64,000 bases of DNA from an uncultured Chloroflexia bacterium (GCA_963745605.1 CAVUYC010000030.1:22661-86660); one strand, 5' to 3'. Positions 35,375 to 45,800 are shown, numbered from the stretch's first letter. Notes: generated from the letters alone by a model not told the origin. Numbers and translations: made by a program.

Positions 35375-36055
35375 CTATTCCGGCTTGGCGAGAAAGTACC
35401 CGACCCCTGCCTTTGTCAGGATGAATTTAGGCTGGGAAGGGTTGACTTCGATCTTTTCACGCACCCGCCGGATATGCACTTTCAGGCTATCTGCCGCTCC
35501 GGGATAGTCGTTTCCCCAGACGGCCTCTGCCAGACTTGAGTGGGTTACCACATGACCAGCGTTTCTCATCAGGTGTGCCAGGATGCGGCTCTCGGTGATG
35601 GTGAGTGCTATTTCCTTTGCCTCGTTGTGGAGCTGTCCACTGGTTGTGTCGAGGCGGAGCGGACCGGAACTAAGGGTTTCTTCTTCGTTCGGAGCCTGGC
35701 GGCGGATCAGAGCCTTGACTCTGGCAAGAAGCTCCAGTTGTCTGAATGGTTTGAGGATGTAGTCGTCTGCGCCCCACTCCAGCCCCTTGACGACGTCAGC
35801 TTCTTCGGCGCGAACGGTGAGGATGATTATCGGGACGTGGGAGAACAAGCGCGTCTGGCTCAGCACTTCGAATCCGCTGATGTCCGGCAGCCCGAGGTCG
35901 AGAATGACGATGTCCGGGTTCTCGGATTCAACAAGTTCGACTCCTTTTCGTCCAAGGCGAGTTGAAATCACTTTGGCCTCAGGCCAGCGGATTTGAAAAG
36001 CTAGGGTGATAGCGTCGACTATTTCTTTGTCGTCTTCGACGATGAGTACCTTCAT
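35375..36055 (-). CDS. OmpR-family response regulator
   Basis: Receiver domain (MKVLIVEDD, phospho-acceptor DIVILDLGLPD) plus a winged-helix output (GVGYFLAKPE). Confidence 0.92.
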   Translation of the reverse strand: MKVLIVEDDKEIVDAITLAFQIRWPEAKVISTRLGRKGVELVESENPDIVILDLGLPDISGFEVLSQTRLFSHVPIIILTVRAEEADVVKGLEWGADDYILKPFRQLELLARVKALIRRQAPNEEETLSSGPLRLDTTSGQLHNEAKEIALTITESRILAHLMRNAGHVVTHSSLAEAVWGNDYPGAADSLKVHIRRVREKIEVNPSQPKFILTKAGVGYFLAKPE

Positions 36056-36107
36056 CTTTTGCCTCTCAAGTTGGCTTGTCAGCCGATTCCCGAAGACTTT
36101 CCAGCGA

Positions 36108-37364
36108 CTACGACTTCGCCGGCTTGTTCGATTCCGCCCCGGTTCGCGGGTAGTTCTCGGCGAAGGGGACCGTGAAACTGAAGGTTGAGCCTTTTCCGAT
36201 GGCGCTCTTCACCCATATCTTGCCCCCGTGGATTTCCACGAGGTACTTGCATAGCGCCAACCCAACGCCGAGCCCGCTCAGTCTCTCTTTGTCGTTGTAC
36301 AAACGGCTGTAGGGTTTAAAAAGCTCTCCCTGGCGTGAGGCGGGAATGCCGTGGCCAGTGTCCTCTATGTCTACTTCGAGATAGTTGCCTTCGACCTTGG
36401 CTCGCAGTGTTATCTTGCCACCCTCCGGGGTGAACTTTGAAGCGTTAATCAGAAGATTAAGCATCACCTGTTTCAGCCTGTCCTGGTCCACCAGTATCTG
36501 AGGAAGAGTATCAGGGACGTTCACCGCGATTACCTGGCTATTGCTTGAGATAAGAGGCCTCACCTCGTCGGCTATGGATCTTAGGAAGCTGACGGGTTCC
36601 GCAGGTGTTGGATTCACCTTGAGCATGCCTATCTCCATGCGGGCAAGGTCCAGGAGTTCGTCGATGCGATGGCTCAAGTTGGCCGCGCCGCGTTGGATGT
36701 TCTTGGCCAGGCTAAGGTAAGGTTCCTGGGTCAACTCACTGGCAAGCAGTTCACTCGAAGCGAGGACCGGAGTAAGCGGCGTCTTCAGTTCATGAACAAG
36801 GGCGCGAGCGAAGAAGACCCTTCTTTCGACCTCCCCTTCAAGCTCCTGCCGCGAAGAACGCTCCTTCTCGTAGGCTTCTTCCATCCTAAGCCGGGAGCGC
36901 TCGGCTTCAGTAATGTCCGTGGCGTGTCCGAGCACCGCCCTCTTCCCCTGAAATTGAATCGAAGCGACCCCTTCAAGCATCACCCTGATACTGCCGTCAG
37001 TTCCCACAAATCGATAACGGTAAGGAGTGGATCGCTCGCCTTTGAGCATGCGTATGGCATTCTCTCTCACCATCGCCCGGTCCTCGGGGTGTACAAGACG
37101 CATCGACTCACGGCCGATCAGATCCCCTGCCCCCATCCCGGTGTCGCGGAAGAATGCTTCATTAACAAATTTGAACACGCCATCCTGAAGAATAAACAGG
37201 CCGATCGGCGTGCTGTTCCTGATAATTCGCAGGACCTCGCTCTCGCTCTCTTTACGGCTCTCCGAGCTTTCCAGGAACTCCACCCTCTGTTTCCACCGGG
37301 CGATCTCGGCGAGGAGTTCGCTCTTGGTCTTGTTCCTGTTGCCTTCTTCAGTAGCCATTTGCAC
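36108..37364 (-). CDS. PAS-domain sensor histidine kinase
   Basis: Coiled coil, PAS, H-box [10 protein letters not shown] boxes ([28 protein letters not shown]). Confidence 0.9.
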   Translation of the reverse strand: MQMATEEGNRNKTKSELLAEIARWKQRVEFLESSESRKESESEVLRIIRNSTPIGLFILQDGVFKFVNEAFFRDTGMGAGDLIGRESMRLVHPEDRAMVRENAIRMLKGERSTPYRYRFVGTDGSIRVMLEGVASIQFQGKRAVLGHATDITEAERSRLRMEEAYEKERSSRQELEGEVERRVFFARALVHELKTPLTPVLASSELLASELTQEPYLSLAKNIQRGAANLSHRIDELLDLARMEIGMLKVNPTPAEPVSFLRSIADEVRPLISSNSQVIAVNVPDTLPQILVDQDRLKQVMLNLLINASKFTPEGGKITLRAKVEGNYLEVDIEDTGHGIPASRQGELFKPYSRLYNDKERLSGLGVGLALCKYLVEIHGGKIWVKSAIGKGSTFSFTVPFAENYPRTGAESNKPAKS

Positions 37365-37391
37365 TCATTCTAGTGTTGACGAAATTCTGAG

Positions 37392-38513
37392 TCAAAGCTG
37401 CGTTTCGCCCGGCGGAAGCTTGTTGTCCTGTCCACAGAGAAGGAGGCCATGCCTCGGAAATGCGAAGCAACGACTGCACGAGATGCACTTTGAATCATCA
37501 CTCTCATTCGCTTCCCATCGGGCGATAAGCCCCGGCTCTCTCACGAAGGGGCGGCTCATCGAAATCAAATCGGCGTCGCCGGAGTCGACTATCGATTGGC
37601 AGGTCCGGCCGTCGCGTATACCGGAGACCAGAGCGATAGGGACGCTCAGAGCCCGTTTGGCGGCTGCCGCGCGCTCTCTGAATGGGGTCTGAGTCTTGGT
37701 AATGGGCGACATGCCCACCCCGCCGCTGATTTCGATAGCGTCCAGGCCGTTAGCCGCCATTTGTCTCGCAGTCTCAATGCCCTCCTCCAGTTTCAGCCCG
37801 CCTTCCTGGTCGTCCTGAGGGCCAAACTTGATGAGGAGAGGAATGTCTTTCGGAAGAGCGTTTCGCAGCCGTTTCACGACCTCCAGATGGAACCGGCGGC
37901 GATTTTCAGGGCTGCCGCCCCACCTGTCTTTTCGGAAGTTCATCAGGGGCGAGAGGAACTGGCTCATCAAATAGCCGTGAGCTCCGTGCAGTTGTACGGC
38001 GTCGAAACCTGCCGCCGCGGCTCGACGGGCGGCGGCTTCAAATTCGCCGATCACGGCTTCAATTTCCGCGTCCGTCATTTCAACGTGGGGACGTTTGGCT
38101 TCGGGTGTGGCGGACACGGCGAGCGTGGGCAATCCGGTCCTCTCCATGTAGTTGGAATTGATTCCACAGTGGGCAATCTGGACCGCGATTTTGCCCCCGC
38201 TTAGGTGAACAACATCCGTCAGCCGCTTGAGTCCGGGAACCATTTCGTCGCTGTAGATCCCGTACTGGCCTGCCCCGGCCTGACCCCGAAGCGAGATAAA
38301 GGCGTGGCCTGTGACGATCAACCCGATGCGCCCCTTGCCAAGCCTCTCGTAGAGCTGCAGGGACCTTTCCGTTACTGCCCCCTTCTCGTCGGCGGTGCCG
38401 TCGTAGGTAGCGGAACGCATGAACCTGTTTCTGATGACAAGGTTTCCTATCTTGAAAGGCCCAAAAAGGTCTACCGACATCTCTTCTTCTCTCTCTGCTC
38501 GAGTTTGAGACAT
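37392..38513 (-). CDS. NADH:flavin oxidoreductase (Old Yellow Enzyme family)
   Basis: LFGPFKIGNLVIRNRFMRSA, VQIAHCG, HGAHGYLMSQFLSP. The start is ATG 38513 or ATG 38480. The 156 extra N-terminal codons in the track lie antisense across the riboswitch region and are rejected. Confidence 0.85.
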   Translation of the reverse strand: MSQTRAEREEEMSVDLFGPFKIGNLVIRNRFMRSATYDGTADEKGAVTERSLQLYERLGKGRIGLIVTGHAFISLRGQAGAGQYGIYSDEMVPGLKRLTDVVHLSGGKIAVQIAHCGINSNYMERTGLPTLAVSATPEAKRPHVEMTDAEIEAVIGEFEAAARRAAAAGFDAVQLHGAHGYLMSQFLSPLMNFRKDRWGGSPENRRRFHLEVVKRLRNALPKDIPLLIKFGPQDDQEGGLKLEEGIETARQMAANGLDAIEISGGVGMSPITKTQTPFRERAAAAKRALSVPIALVSGIRDGRTCQSIVDSGDADLISMSRPFVREPGLIARWEANESDDSKCISCSRCFAFPRHGLLLCGQDNKLPPGETQL

Positions 38514-38589
38514 TATAGGTTCCCCCACGAATACGGGCAAATATCCCGTTCGCGTTTGTATTCGAAGCGGTTTTGTCTTATCCTTACTT

Positions 38590-38800
38590 CCATTAAGGCC
38601 CCGGGGATCCCCGGCCAGACGCAAGTTCGGAGTGCAAGTTGGTGAGAGTCCAACGCAGCGCCGCCTGCTGTAAATCCGCCATCGACGGATGAGCCAGAAC
38701 GCCGGCTTGTCATCAGGGTTCCTCGCGGAATAGGGGGCAGCCATGCTAATTGGGACATGAGTCTCCCCTTGTCCATCCGGGCAAGGGGTTTTTGTTTTTA
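38590..38800 (+). promoter_or_regulatory. Cobalamin riboswitch with terminator expression platform
   Basis: Core GGTGAGAGTCCAACGCAGCGCCGCCTGCTGTAA (38641..38673). B12-box-like GAGCCAGAACGCCGGC (38691..38706). Terminator CCCCTTG...CAAGGGG + TTTTTGTTTTT (38765..38799). Lies directly upstream of cobT. Confidence 0.7.
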
Positions 38801-38841
38801 TGTGGTCGCGATTACCGTATGAAAAGTGAAGAGAGGTCGTT

Positions 38842-39918
38842 TTGAGCAACTCTAGACTATTGGATTCCACAATTGGCAAGATTGGGACTCTCGATGAGAA
38901 GGCCACCTCCGAGGCGAGAGCGAGGCAGAATAGACTCACGAAACCAGGCGGCAGTCTCGGCAGGCTCGAAGATATTTCCATTCAGCTCGCGGGGGTCCAG
39001 GGAAGGCCCCTTCCACAGATCAAGAATAAGGCGGTCATTGTCATGGCCGCTGATCACGGGGTGGTCGCCGAGGGTACGAGCGCCTATCCTCAGGCGGTCA
39101 CTGCCCAGATGGTGCTCAATTTCCTCCGGGGTGGTGCTGCTATTAACGTCTTCGCCAGGCAGATAGGAGCCCGCATCGCAGTAGTGGACATGGGAGTGGC
39201 TGAGGAAATCCCTCCTGACCCCCTTCTCATTTCGAGGAAAGTCGGTCGTGGCACTGGTAACATGGCGAAGGGACCGGCCATGAGCGAGGCAGAAGCGATA
39301 AAGGCCCTCGAGACCGGAATCCAGATTGTCGAGTCCGAAATCGCAAAGGGACTTGATATTGTCGGTACCGGAGACATGGGAATAGGAAACACGACCGCCA
39401 GCAGCGCTATCTGCTCGGTGATCACGGGCAGGAGCCCTGAGGAAGTCACCGGCCGGGGGACTGGGATCGATGATGCTCAGCTTAAGCACAAGGCAGAAGT
39501 GGTTCGAAGGGCAATTGAAATGAACCATCCCAACTCCAGCGATCCCCTGGGAGTCCTTGCCAAGGTCGGGGGATACGAAATCGGCGGCCTTGCCGGCGTC
39601 ATGCTGGGAGCCGGCGCTCATAGAGTCCCGGTTGTTGTCGATGGCTTCATCTCCGGCGCCGCGGCTCTAATAGCCACCTCGCTTGCACCGGCTCTGCGCA
39701 GCTTCCTTATCGCCGGTCACGTTTCGGTTGAAGCTGGTCATAAGGTCATCTTGAAGCACCTGGGTCTGAGGCCGCTGGTGGACCTCGATCTCAGGCTCGG
39801 CGAAGGGACCGGAGCCGCTCTTGGTATCTTTCTCTGCGAAACCGCGACCAGGGTACTTGCGGAAATGGCAACCTTTGACGAGGCGGGAGTGTCGGAAAAG
39901 AGCGGTCCCGCGAAGTGA
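38842..39918 (+). CDS. cobT: Nicotinate-nucleotide--dimethylbenzimidazole phosphoribosyltransferase
   Basis: TTG start behind GAGAGG. LTKPGGSLGRLE, GDMGIGNTT, and the GGYEIGGLAG pattern. Confidence 0.93.
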   Translation: MSNSRLLDSTIGKIGTLDEKATSEARARQNRLTKPGGSLGRLEDISIQLAGVQGRPLPQIKNKAVIVMAADHGVVAEGTSAYPQAVTAQMVLNFLRGGAAINVFARQIGARIAVVDMGVAEEIPPDPLLISRKVGRGTGNMAKGPAMSEAEAIKALETGIQIVESEIAKGLDIVGTGDMGIGNTTASSAICSVITGRSPEEVTGRGTGIDDAQLKHKAEVVRRAIEMNHPNSSDPLGVLAKVGGYEIGGLAGVMLGAGAHRVPVVVDGFISGAAALIATSLAPALRSFLIAGHVSVEAGHKVILKHLGLRPLVDLDLRLGEGTGAALGIFLCETATRVLAEMATFDEAGVSEKSGPAK

Positions 39919-40694
39919 AATTTGTTGCGGCGCTCCGTTTCCTGACCGTACTGCCGGTAACAACGCGGCGTGATGCCACTGCCATGGAGGTGGGGGCATC
40001 GATCGTCTATTTCCCGTTGGTGGGTCTCGCCATCGGCGTTCTTCTGGGCGTACTGGACTGGCTTTTGGTCCGTGTCGTCCCGCCGTCGCTGGCGAACGGG
40101 CTTGTCATCGTGGCGTCGGTTTTGGTGAACGGAGCGCTGCATCTCGACGGCTTTATCGATACCTGTGACGGACTTGCCGGCAACAAGCCCCCCGAAGAGC
40201 GGCGCCGCATCATGAAGGACAGCCGCGTGGGAGCGTTCGGCGTCGTTGGCGGCATCCTCTTGCTGCTCCTTAAGTATGCGTCTCTGAACAGCATACCGCA
40301 GAGCTACATCATCGCCAGCCTTGTGATCATGCCTCTGATGGCGAGATGGCTTATGGTCTTTGCCATCGTAGGCTATCCATATGCCAAACCCGAGGGGCTT
40401 GGCGTCGTCTTCAAACAGGAAGCCTCCTGGAGGAGGTTCGCGATAGCTACCCTGGGTGCTTTCGTGGCCGCGTCTCTCGTCCTGTTTCTCCGGCGGGTGT
40501 CGTTCTTTTTTCTCCCTGCGCTCGCAGTGATGGCCGGAACCTGGCTAATCGCGATCGCCTGGCTCGGCCATCTCAACAAGAAGTTCGGGGGTCTCACCGG
40601 AGACAGCTACGGCGCGGTGAGCGAGCTTTCAGAGGTCACGACGTTGATGATCCTGAGCGCGCTTGCGTACAATCAATGGATGTGGATGGCATAG
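39915..40694 (+). CDS. cobS: Adenosylcobinamide-GDP ribazoletransferase (cobalamin synthase)
   Basis: GTGA overlap with cobT. Polytopic membrane protein with HLDGFIDTCDG. Confidence 0.9.
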   Translation: MKFVAALRFLTVLPVTTRRDATAMEVGASIVYFPLVGLAIGVLLGVLDWLLVRVVPPSLANGLVIVASVLVNGALHLDGFIDTCDGLAGNKPPEERRRIMKDSRVGAFGVVGGILLLLLKYASLNSIPQSYIIASLVIMPLMARWLMVFAIVGYPYAKPEGLGVVFKQEASWRRFAIATLGAFVAASLVLFLRRVSFFFLPALAVMAGTWLIAIAWLGHLNKKFGGLTGDSYGAVSELSEVTTLMILSALAYNQWMWMA

Positions 40695-40700
40695 GGCAAA

Positions 40701-41336
40701 ATGAAACTGCTTCTCGTTAGACATGGAGAAAGCGAATACAACAGCGCGAGGCGATTTGCCGGTCACGTCGACATCGATCTTACCGAGAAGGGCCGTCTTC
40801 AGGTGGAGAAGCTTCGTGAACGTCTCCTCGAGGAGAAGGTCGATGCTGTCTATTGCTCAGACCTGATAAGAGCCCAAAGGACTGCCGAGATCGCCCTCAG
40901 CGGGCGCAACCTACACATCGTGACCTGTCCCGAGCTTCGCGAGATCAGCTACGGCGAGATCGAAGGCCTTGGATTCAACGAGATTAAGACGCGGTTCCCT
41001 GAAGTCGCTAAGCAGCTGTCGAAGTCCGAAATGGAACTGTCATTTCCAGGAGGGGAGACCTTCCCCCAATTTGTTGATCGCGTCACGACGTTTACCGAAC
41101 GACTCAAGAAGCATGCGGATGCTGACTCCGTTCTGGTGGTAGCACACGGGGGCCCTCTGCGTGCGCTGCTGTGCTCGATGCTGGGCATAGGCCAGGGCTG
41201 CTGGTGGCAGTTGAGCGTCGATAATGCCTCGCTCAGCATCCTCCAGACCTATTCCAGAGGGGCCGTTTTGAGTCTTTTGAATGAAACCCATCATTTGAGA
41301 GATATCGCGGTGAAGGAGGAGCCTGCAGCAGACTAG
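40701..41336 (+). CDS. cobC: Alpha-ribazole phosphatase (histidine phosphatase family)
   Basis: LVRHGESEYN RHG motif and VAHGGPLRAL. Operon position between cobS and cobU. Confidence 0.85.
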   Translation: MKLLLVRHGESEYNSARRFAGHVDIDLTEKGRLQVEKLRERLLEEKVDAVYCSDLIRAQRTAEIALSGRNLHIVTCPELREISYGEIEGLGFNEIKTRFPEVAKQLSKSEMELSFPGGETFPQFVDRVTTFTERLKKHADADSVLVVAHGGPLRALLCSMLGIGQGCWWQLSVDNASLSILQTYSRGAVLSLLNETHHLRDIAVKEEPAAD

Positions 41337-41909
41337 ATGCTGGCGGGCGAACGAGGAAGGTTGATAGTTCTCATCACTGGTGGAGCCCGAAGTGGCAAGA
41401 GCCGCTATGCCCAGCAGATGGCAGAGCGCAGCGGCAAGCGAGTGCTGTTCGTCGCCACTGCGCAGGCTGGGGATGATGAGATGCGCATCCGCATTCGGGC
41501 GCACCAGAAGTCAAGGCCGTCGAGCTGGCGTACTCTCGAGGCTCCTGTTCACGTCGGCCAGAGCATCACCAGAGAGGCAGCCAGCAGCGAACTTGTTCTC
41601 CTTGACTGCATTACGCTTTTGATAAACAACGTTATCGGACCCCTCCTGAGCCCGGATGGCACGGACATCGACGAGGTAAAGGCGGAGAGGGCAGTCGGCC
41701 GTGAAATTGATGAGCTCATCGTCTGCCTGAAAACCGAGAAGGCAGACTTTCTAATTGTCACCAATGAGGTCGGGCTGGGTCTGGTGCCCGACAACAAACT
41801 GGGCCGGGTCTATCGCGACGTCCTCGGCAAGGCAAATCAGGTGTTGGCCAACGCAGCAGACGAAGTCTGCTTCATGGTTTCGGGCCTTCCCCTGAAACTG
41901 AAACCCTAG
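41337..41909 (+). CDS. cobU: Adenosylcobinamide kinase / adenosylcobinamide-phosphate guanylyltransferase
   Basis: P-loop GGARSGKS, ATA...D, HQKSRP, VTNEVGLGLVP. Confidence 0.9.
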   Translation: MLAGERGRLIVLITGGARSGKSRYAQQMAERSGKRVLFVATAQAGDDEMRIRIRAHQKSRPSSWRTLEAPVHVGQSITREAASSELVLLDCITLLINNVIGPLLSPDGTDIDEVKAERAVGREIDELIVCLKTEKADFLIVTNEVGLGLVPDNKLGRVYRDVLGKANQVLANAADEVCFMVSGLPLKLKP

Positions 41910-41923
41910 CGTTTGGCTGGCCG

Positions 41924-42478
41924 CTATCTGCCTGGCAAAGCGCTATCGTCTAAGTCCATGCCAATCATTCCCAGCTTGATCGCGCAAAAGACAGAAAGGG
42001 CGGACAGGAAAGCAACCAGCACCGTAAACGCGGACTGACTGGGCCACACAAACACCGCTATCGGCAATGAGAGGACGAGGAACGCCCCCGCGTAGATCAG
42101 TTTCTGCTTGAGCATCAACGAATTCCTGATCTTGCGATACCTCTTCCGGCCGTCGAGGATTCCCAATAGGCCCGCGCCCAGCACTACCAGAGGTAAGAGC
42201 ACCCCGACGACCTTCATCGCCGAAATGATCATCGTCTGTGCTTCGCCTGTAAACGCAAAGGACGCAATCGAGAAGACGAGTGTTGCGACTGCTAGAGTGG
42301 TCGGGAAATGCACGCCAATCGGGTGCAGGTGAAACTTGAGAATCCTCCTGCGAGCCTCCCCGACCGGGTCCACGTACGGCAATAAGTTAGATGCGGGTAC
42401 GCCGCACGCTGGACAACGGTCCCCAAATCTTCCTTCGGGGAGGATGAGTCCGCATACCTTGCATCGAACCAGCTTCAT
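41924..42478 (-). CDS. Membrane protein with N-terminal rubredoxin-like zinc ribbon and DUF2231-like TM domain
   Basis: CKVCG...CPACG, then HPIGVHFP and four hydrophobic helices. Confidence 0.7.
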   Translation of the reverse strand: MKLVRCKVCGLILPEGRFGDRCPACGVPASNLLPYVDPVGEARRRILKFHLHPIGVHFPTTLAVATLVFSIASFAFTGEAQTMIISAMKVVGVLLPLVVLGAGLLGILDGRKRYRKIRNSLMLKQKLIYAGAFLVLSLPIAVFVWPSQSAFTVLVAFLSALSVFCAIKLGMIGMDLDDSALPGR

Positions 42479-42512
42479 TACTCCTCCTGGGGCAGCGAAT
42501 TATAGCGTCAAG

Positions 42513-43931
42513 TTACCATGTGTGCCTGGATGCGAATATATTGCTTTTAAGAGCCCCTTCGAGGTACCGGAAATTGTTCTCCACCAGGGCAGGCCAGTAC
42601 CTGGGTCGAACTCGCCAAAATCGGCTTCTAGCTAGATAGAGAGGATCGAAATATAGCCTCAAGCCGTTAATCAGTATCAGCTGATTCAACCGTGTGGTTG
42701 GCAGCTTCGCCGTTCTCACGTTCACTGTGAATCCGTTGTAACGGGAATAGTCGTCCGCGTTGGTGACAAGGCCCCTCTTAAGAAGGTCTACTCGGGTCCT
42801 GGTCTTGGGGTAAGGAGTCAGGCATTGCATGATGGGTTGATCGACTCCTAATTCCAAAGCGAACTTGAACGTTGAGCGGATATCTTCGGCCGTGTCATCG
42901 GGATTGGCTATGATGAAGCCGCCAAACACCCCAATGCCTTCACGTCTAAGGCTGGACACGGCTGCCCTGGCGTTTTCGAGTACCCCGCGTTTGCCCATTG
43001 AATCCAGGTTGCGTTTGATGCCGTTCTCTATTCCAAGGAAGACCCACTTGAAGCCTGCCTTGCGCATCTCTTTGGGGAATTCTGCGTCGGAAGCGATTCC
43101 AGGAACGCTGGCCTGGATTACGTAGGACATCGATTGCAGTCCATTCGCCGAAATCAGCCTGCAAAGCTCTTTGAAACGGGCAATGTCCAGAGTGATATTG
43201 TCGTCAACGAAAAAGACGCCTTTCTTTCCCCTCGCCTTCAGAGCCTGCAAATCTAGGACCACGCGGTCGAGGCTGAACTTCCGAATGCATTTGCCGTACA
43301 TTTGGGTGATGCTGCAGAAGTGGCAGTCCATCGTGCAGCCGCGGGAGGTTTCAACACAATCGAAAGGCGAACCCATGAAGCTGGCAGTGTCCAACACGCG
43401 GCAATCCCTGTTGGGAAGTGCAATGCTCTTAAGATCAAGGAGCGGCGCCGACGGGCTGTGAAAGGATCCTTCGGCAGATATGCGGGATAGTCCGGGAATA
43501 TCATCTAAAGGACCGCCGGCATCCAGTCTTTCAATAAGGGTTCGGAAGGTATTCTCGCCTTCCCCCCTGATAAGGAAATCAAAAAGAGGCGCGTCAGGGC
43601 CGGCCGCTATCTCTTCGAACATCAGCGTAGCGTGGTAGCCGCCCAGAGCCACCCTGGCATCTGGAAGTATCCGGCGACAAATGCCGGCGACGCGGCACGC
43701 GCTGGCGTATTGAAAACTCATCGCACTGAGACCGATGACGTTGGGGCGGTAATCTTGCAGAACGTCTGCGAGGAACCGGGTCAGGCCAGTGCGTTTGAAT
43801 GCGAGATCGAGGACTTTGACCTCGACTCCGGGCAGGTTGCCCGCAATGGAACAAAGTCCCAGGTTGGGAACCCGGATGATGGCATCAAGAGCGCTGACGG
43901 TGTCAGGCATGGCGAGAAGCAGTACTCGCAA
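42513..43931 (-). CDS. B12-binding-domain radical SAM protein
   Basis: TTG start behind GGGAGG. N-terminal cobalamin-binding-like Rossmann domain. CxxxCxxC as SRGCTMDCHFC. Confidence 0.88.
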   Translation of the reverse strand: MRVLLLAMPDTVSALDAIIRVPNLGLCSIAGNLPGVEVKVLDLAFKRTGLTRFLADVLQDYRPNVIGLSAMSFQYASACRVAGICRRILPDARVALGGYHATLMFEEIAAGPDAPLFDFLIRGEGENTFRTLIERLDAGGPLDDIPGLSRISAEGSFHSPSAPLLDLKSIALPNRDCRVLDTASFMGSPFDCVETSRGCTMDCHFCSITQMYGKCIRKFSLDRVVLDLQALKARGKKGVFFVDDNITLDIARFKELCRLISANGLQSMSYVIQASVPGIASDAEFPKEMRKAGFKWVFLGIENGIKRNLDSMGKRGVLENARAAVSSLRREGIGVFGGFIIANPDDTAEDIRSTFKFALELGVDQPIMQCLTPYPKTRTRVDLLKRGLVTNADDYSRYNGFTVNVRTAKLPTTRLNQLILINGLRLYFDPLYLARSRFWRVRPRYWPALVENNFRYLEGALKSNIFASRHTW

Positions 43932-43967
43932 CGTTACCCTCCCGGCAAGACCGTAACGTACCAGTAC

Positions 43968-43975
43968 ATTCTACA
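43968..43975 (-). promoter_or_regulatory. Candidate extended -10 (TGTAGAAT) for the radical SAM gene
   Basis: Minus-strand TGTAGAAT 37 nt upstream of the TTG start. Confidence 0.4.
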
Positions 43976-44066
43976 GTTTTCGGAGATGCAAGCTGACGCC
44001 GCGACGGCGCTCGGCGACTGCGGACAGAATGGAGGCTGGGTCAATCGAGGAACATCTCCGGAAATG

Positions 44067-44096
44067 ATAAAGCCCGGCGGGACAACCGGGCTTTAT
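44067..44096 (-). terminator. Hairpin downstream of glgA (weak terminator)
   Basis: ATAAAGCCCGG / CCGGGCTTTAT stem with an 8-nt loop. The trailing sequence is only moderately T-rich. Confidence 0.4.
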
Positions 44097-44233
44097 CGTG
44101 GGAGGGTCATGAAAAAGAAAGTTGTGTGTGACTATTACGATATGCTCAGCCTGTTACAGCGCGGTTACAGGCATAGGCGGATTGGTTAAGGATAAGTTAA
44201 GGGACCGTAACAAATCGGTTATCCATGGGCACC

Positions 44234-45698
44234 TCAGGAAGAAAGCAGCTTCCTGTAAACTTCAAGATAGCCCTTCGCTGACTTCGTCCACGAATAGTCG
44301 CCCATCATCGCGTTGCCCATGGCCTGGTACCATCCCTTCTGGTCTGCGTAGGCCTCCAGACAACGGTCGAGCGCGGAACGCAGCTCCGAGGGGCGGTATG
44401 GTTCAAATACAAATCCGTTTCCCTTGCCCGTGGCTCTCGAGAACGGAACTATGGTGTCTTTGAGGCCGCCTGTTGCCCTCACTACGGGTATTGTTCCGTA
44501 CTTTAATGCGTACAACTGGGTCAGTCCCCCCGGTTCGTACAGTGAAGGCATTAAGAGGACGTCAGCCCCGGCAATTATCCTGTGTGCCAGGGATTCACTG
44601 AATCCTATCTTGCAGCCCGAGCCTCCCGGTGTTGCTGGCCGCGATTTTTTGAAAGGCTTCCTGGGGCTCGCGATCGCCGGAGCCCAGGAGAACGAATTGA
44701 CACCCCTTATCCAGCAGGCCGGGCAAGACTTCCAGGACCAGGTCGACACCTTTCTGGGTTGAGAGTCTCGTCACCATCCCCAGGAGTGGGGCCCGGCCGT
44801 CGACCTCAAGGCCAAACTCCCTCTGTAAGTCGGCCTTGCAGGCTTTCTTTCCTCCGGGAGAGCTGTGGCTATAATTCCTGACGATCAATTCATCGGTTTC
44901 AGGGCTCCAGATTCTGTAGTCCACCCCGTTGAGAATGCCGTGTACGCTGTTCGCGCGTTCTTTAAAGACCCCTTCGAGCCCGAAGCCGAGTTCCGGCGTC
45001 TGGATTTCCAGAGAGTACGTGGGGCTGACTGTGGTGATAGCGTCCGCAAAGACGATGCCGCCTTTAAGGAAATTGATATCCTGGTGAAACTCGAGATAAG
45101 CGGGTGAGTAGAAACGCCGGTCCATATTGAGCAGGTGCCAGTCGACTCCCCAGTATCTCCCTTGATAGCCCAGGTTGTGGATTGTCATGACAGTGCGCGT
45201 TTTGGCCAACTCGGGATACCTGTTCGGCTGAGTCTTCAGGAAGGCAACGGCAAGCGCACTCTGCCAATCGTTTGTGTGCAGGATGTCCGGGCGAAGGCTC
45301 CTTGCAACCTCCAGAACGGCCCGGGAAAAGAAGACAAATCGTTCCGCATTGTCCGGGTAGTCACCGTCGGGCGTTCCGTAGAGGAAGTCGCGGTCATAGT
45401 ATTTGTCAGCCTTGATCAGGAAAATGGGTATGTTGTCAACCGTCTTGCCCTTCAGTACTTGTCCGACCTCGATTCGATTGGAGATAGGGACTTCTAGCTG
45501 AATGCCAGCCGTCTCAAATCCATAGCCCCCTTGCAGGATGCAGCGGAAGGCAGGCATGACGATTGAAATCCCAATTCCCTGCTCCGCCAGAGGATGGGGC
45601 AGCGATCCCATCACATCGCCCAGCCCCCCTGTCTTGGCATATGGGGCTACTTCAGGAGAGGCCATGAGAACCGATATTTTCGAGTCAGTAACCAGCAT
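44234..45698 (-). pseudogene. glgA: Glycogen synthase (GT5), frame broken once
   Basis: N-part 44595..45698 (EVAPYAKTGGLGDV). C-part 44234..44749 (LLMPSLYEPGGLTQLYALKYGT). Removing one base from the CCC at 44616..44618 gives ...NTGRLGCKIGFSESLAHRIIAGAD. Confidence 0.88.
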
Positions 45699-45800
45699 TG
45701 TGTTCCTCTGATGTGAACGCCTCAGGCGAGGCTGGCAATATCATAGCATTCGTAGACAAGAGCCAGTCGGCAGATAGCGATCAGGATCGAGTCTTGCCGA

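Noticed and set aside
38514-38981. N-terminal 156 codons of the 529-aa ORF 37392..38981
   Set aside because: The Old-Yellow-Enzyme homology begins at the internal Met (38513 or 38480). The extension is non-protein-like and lies antisense over the cobalamin riboswitch and the cobT start.
38857-39621. 254-aa minus-strand ORF, plus other antisense ORFs (31248..32087, 36669..37373, 55210..55863)
   Set aside because: Each overlaps a confidently identified gene on the other strand (cobT, feoB, histidine kinases). None has a recognisable domain.
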